Positions 38,451 to 39,327 of a stretch of DNA of 39,327 nt are shown piece after piece. The position numbers were made by a program, and so were the translations under genes. Source of the stretch: Conidiobolus incongruus B7586 (Eukaryota); NCBI GenBank assembly GCA_000697335.1, contig JNEM01013916.1:1-39327 (forward strand). Reading direction: 5' to 3'. Below the pieces are notes generated by a model that did not search any database, was not told the DNA's origin, and worked only from the letters and a program-made list of their open reading frames with translations. Position 1 is the stretch's first letter. Each line of letters starts with the position of its first letter.

Positions 38451-38806
38451 ACTAAGAGTATGGAGTCACAAAATATTAATCGAAGCGAGTGTAAAATGAA
38501 TAATGGAAGATGAATCAAGTGAAACTATAAGAAGCTACTTGAGTATGCTAAAAGGGTAGTTTTTGAAAGTAGAAAAAATGTTTATTTGTGTAAATAAGAG
38601 AGAGGTAAAGGAGGAGAGAGAAGATATGAAGGAGCAGGGTCCTTCTTATAAGTGAAATATATAGGCATAAGTATGCAGCAACTGAGTAACAGTGAGGTCA
38701 CTCAGGTGTGGACTGTTAGAATGTTGATAAGGCCTAATTTGGTTAATCAGAAACTTGGTAGTGAATTTGATTGAGAAAAGGTATCTATCAAGTAACAATT
38801 GCCACA
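38247..38806 (-). mobile_element. Solo LTR (560 bp) inserted 9 bp upstream of tRNA-Cys
   Basis: Begins TGTAG and ends CCACA (TG...CA, imperfect terminal IR), with perfect 5-bp TSD AATAC at 38242-38246 and 38807-38811. It is GC-richer than its flanks. Strand is inferred from the internal ORF. Confidence 0.85.
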
Positions 38807-39327
38807 AATACCCTTTTTACTCTTATTGATGCTTGTTGAAAATAAATTACATTTGAATGTTATTTTATCCTCAATATCATTTCAAATTACTTAGCTTGAT
38901 GCCATCATATGAATCCAATGATTTATTTTGATTCTTTTATATTTTAACAATAAATCATTAATTTTGTCTATTGGAATATATATTTATTTAATGGACCATT
39001 CAATATTTTTTCTTCTTTTATTGATCCTAATTAAGAATAAATAATGTTATTTTCAATTGGTTTTAATTTTCTATCTAATTATAATTTTTCAAATAATTTT
39101 ATATAATTATATATATAAAATAAAGATTTATCATATTTTTTATCTATTAAATCTGTTATTTGATATAATGTTTTTAAAATTCAATTTTGATTTGGATATA
39201 TTTTTTTTTCATAATATACCTTGTCTTTATATTTTATTAGTTATTTATTTTTTATTATATTTTCAAGTTTTGTTGATAATATAATAAAATTATTTGATAA
39301 ATAATTATAATTTATATTAATTAAAAT

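Noticed and set aside
38165..38806. tRNA-derived SINE interpretation of the tRNA plus GC-rich tract
   Set aside because: The tract lies upstream, not downstream, of the tRNA and has its own TG...CA ends and TSD, which fits a solo LTR.
39057..39284. 75-aa hydrophobic ORF
   Set aside because: Non-ATG start, low-complexity AT-rich sequence.

Overview
Very AT-rich eukaryotic (fungal) genomic DNA with short GT-AG introns of about 50-75 nt. The style suggests an early-diverging fungus such as a Conidiobolus-like zoopagomycete, but this lineage call is inferred, not established. The window holds eight intact protein-coding genes: a rhodanese-PTP tyrosine phosphatase, BiP/KAR2, two Brr6/Brl1-family paralogues, SKI3, RVB2, TRM6/GCD10 and LCP5. 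There are two degenerate tRNA genes (Gly-GCC, Cys-GCA) and four transposon relics: a full-length chromodomain Ty3/Gypsy element (146-5803) nested inside a Tc1 DD34E element, a 1.3-kb mariner DD34D element, and a 560-bp solo LTR with a 5-bp TSD sitting 9 bp upstream of the tRNA-Cys. The main signals are: (1) near-saturating, indel-poor C>T/G>A hypermutation in the transposons (RIP-like); (2) Ty3-style tRNA-targeted LTR insertion next to a tRNA that is itself transition-damaged; (3) an oriented ATCCCAT motif 79-141 bp upstream of five of the eight start codons; (4) an ERSE-like CCAAT-N9-CCACA element in the BiP promoter; (5) a Brr6/Brl1 paralogue that has lost one cysteine pair. All alignments and exon models were made by eye.
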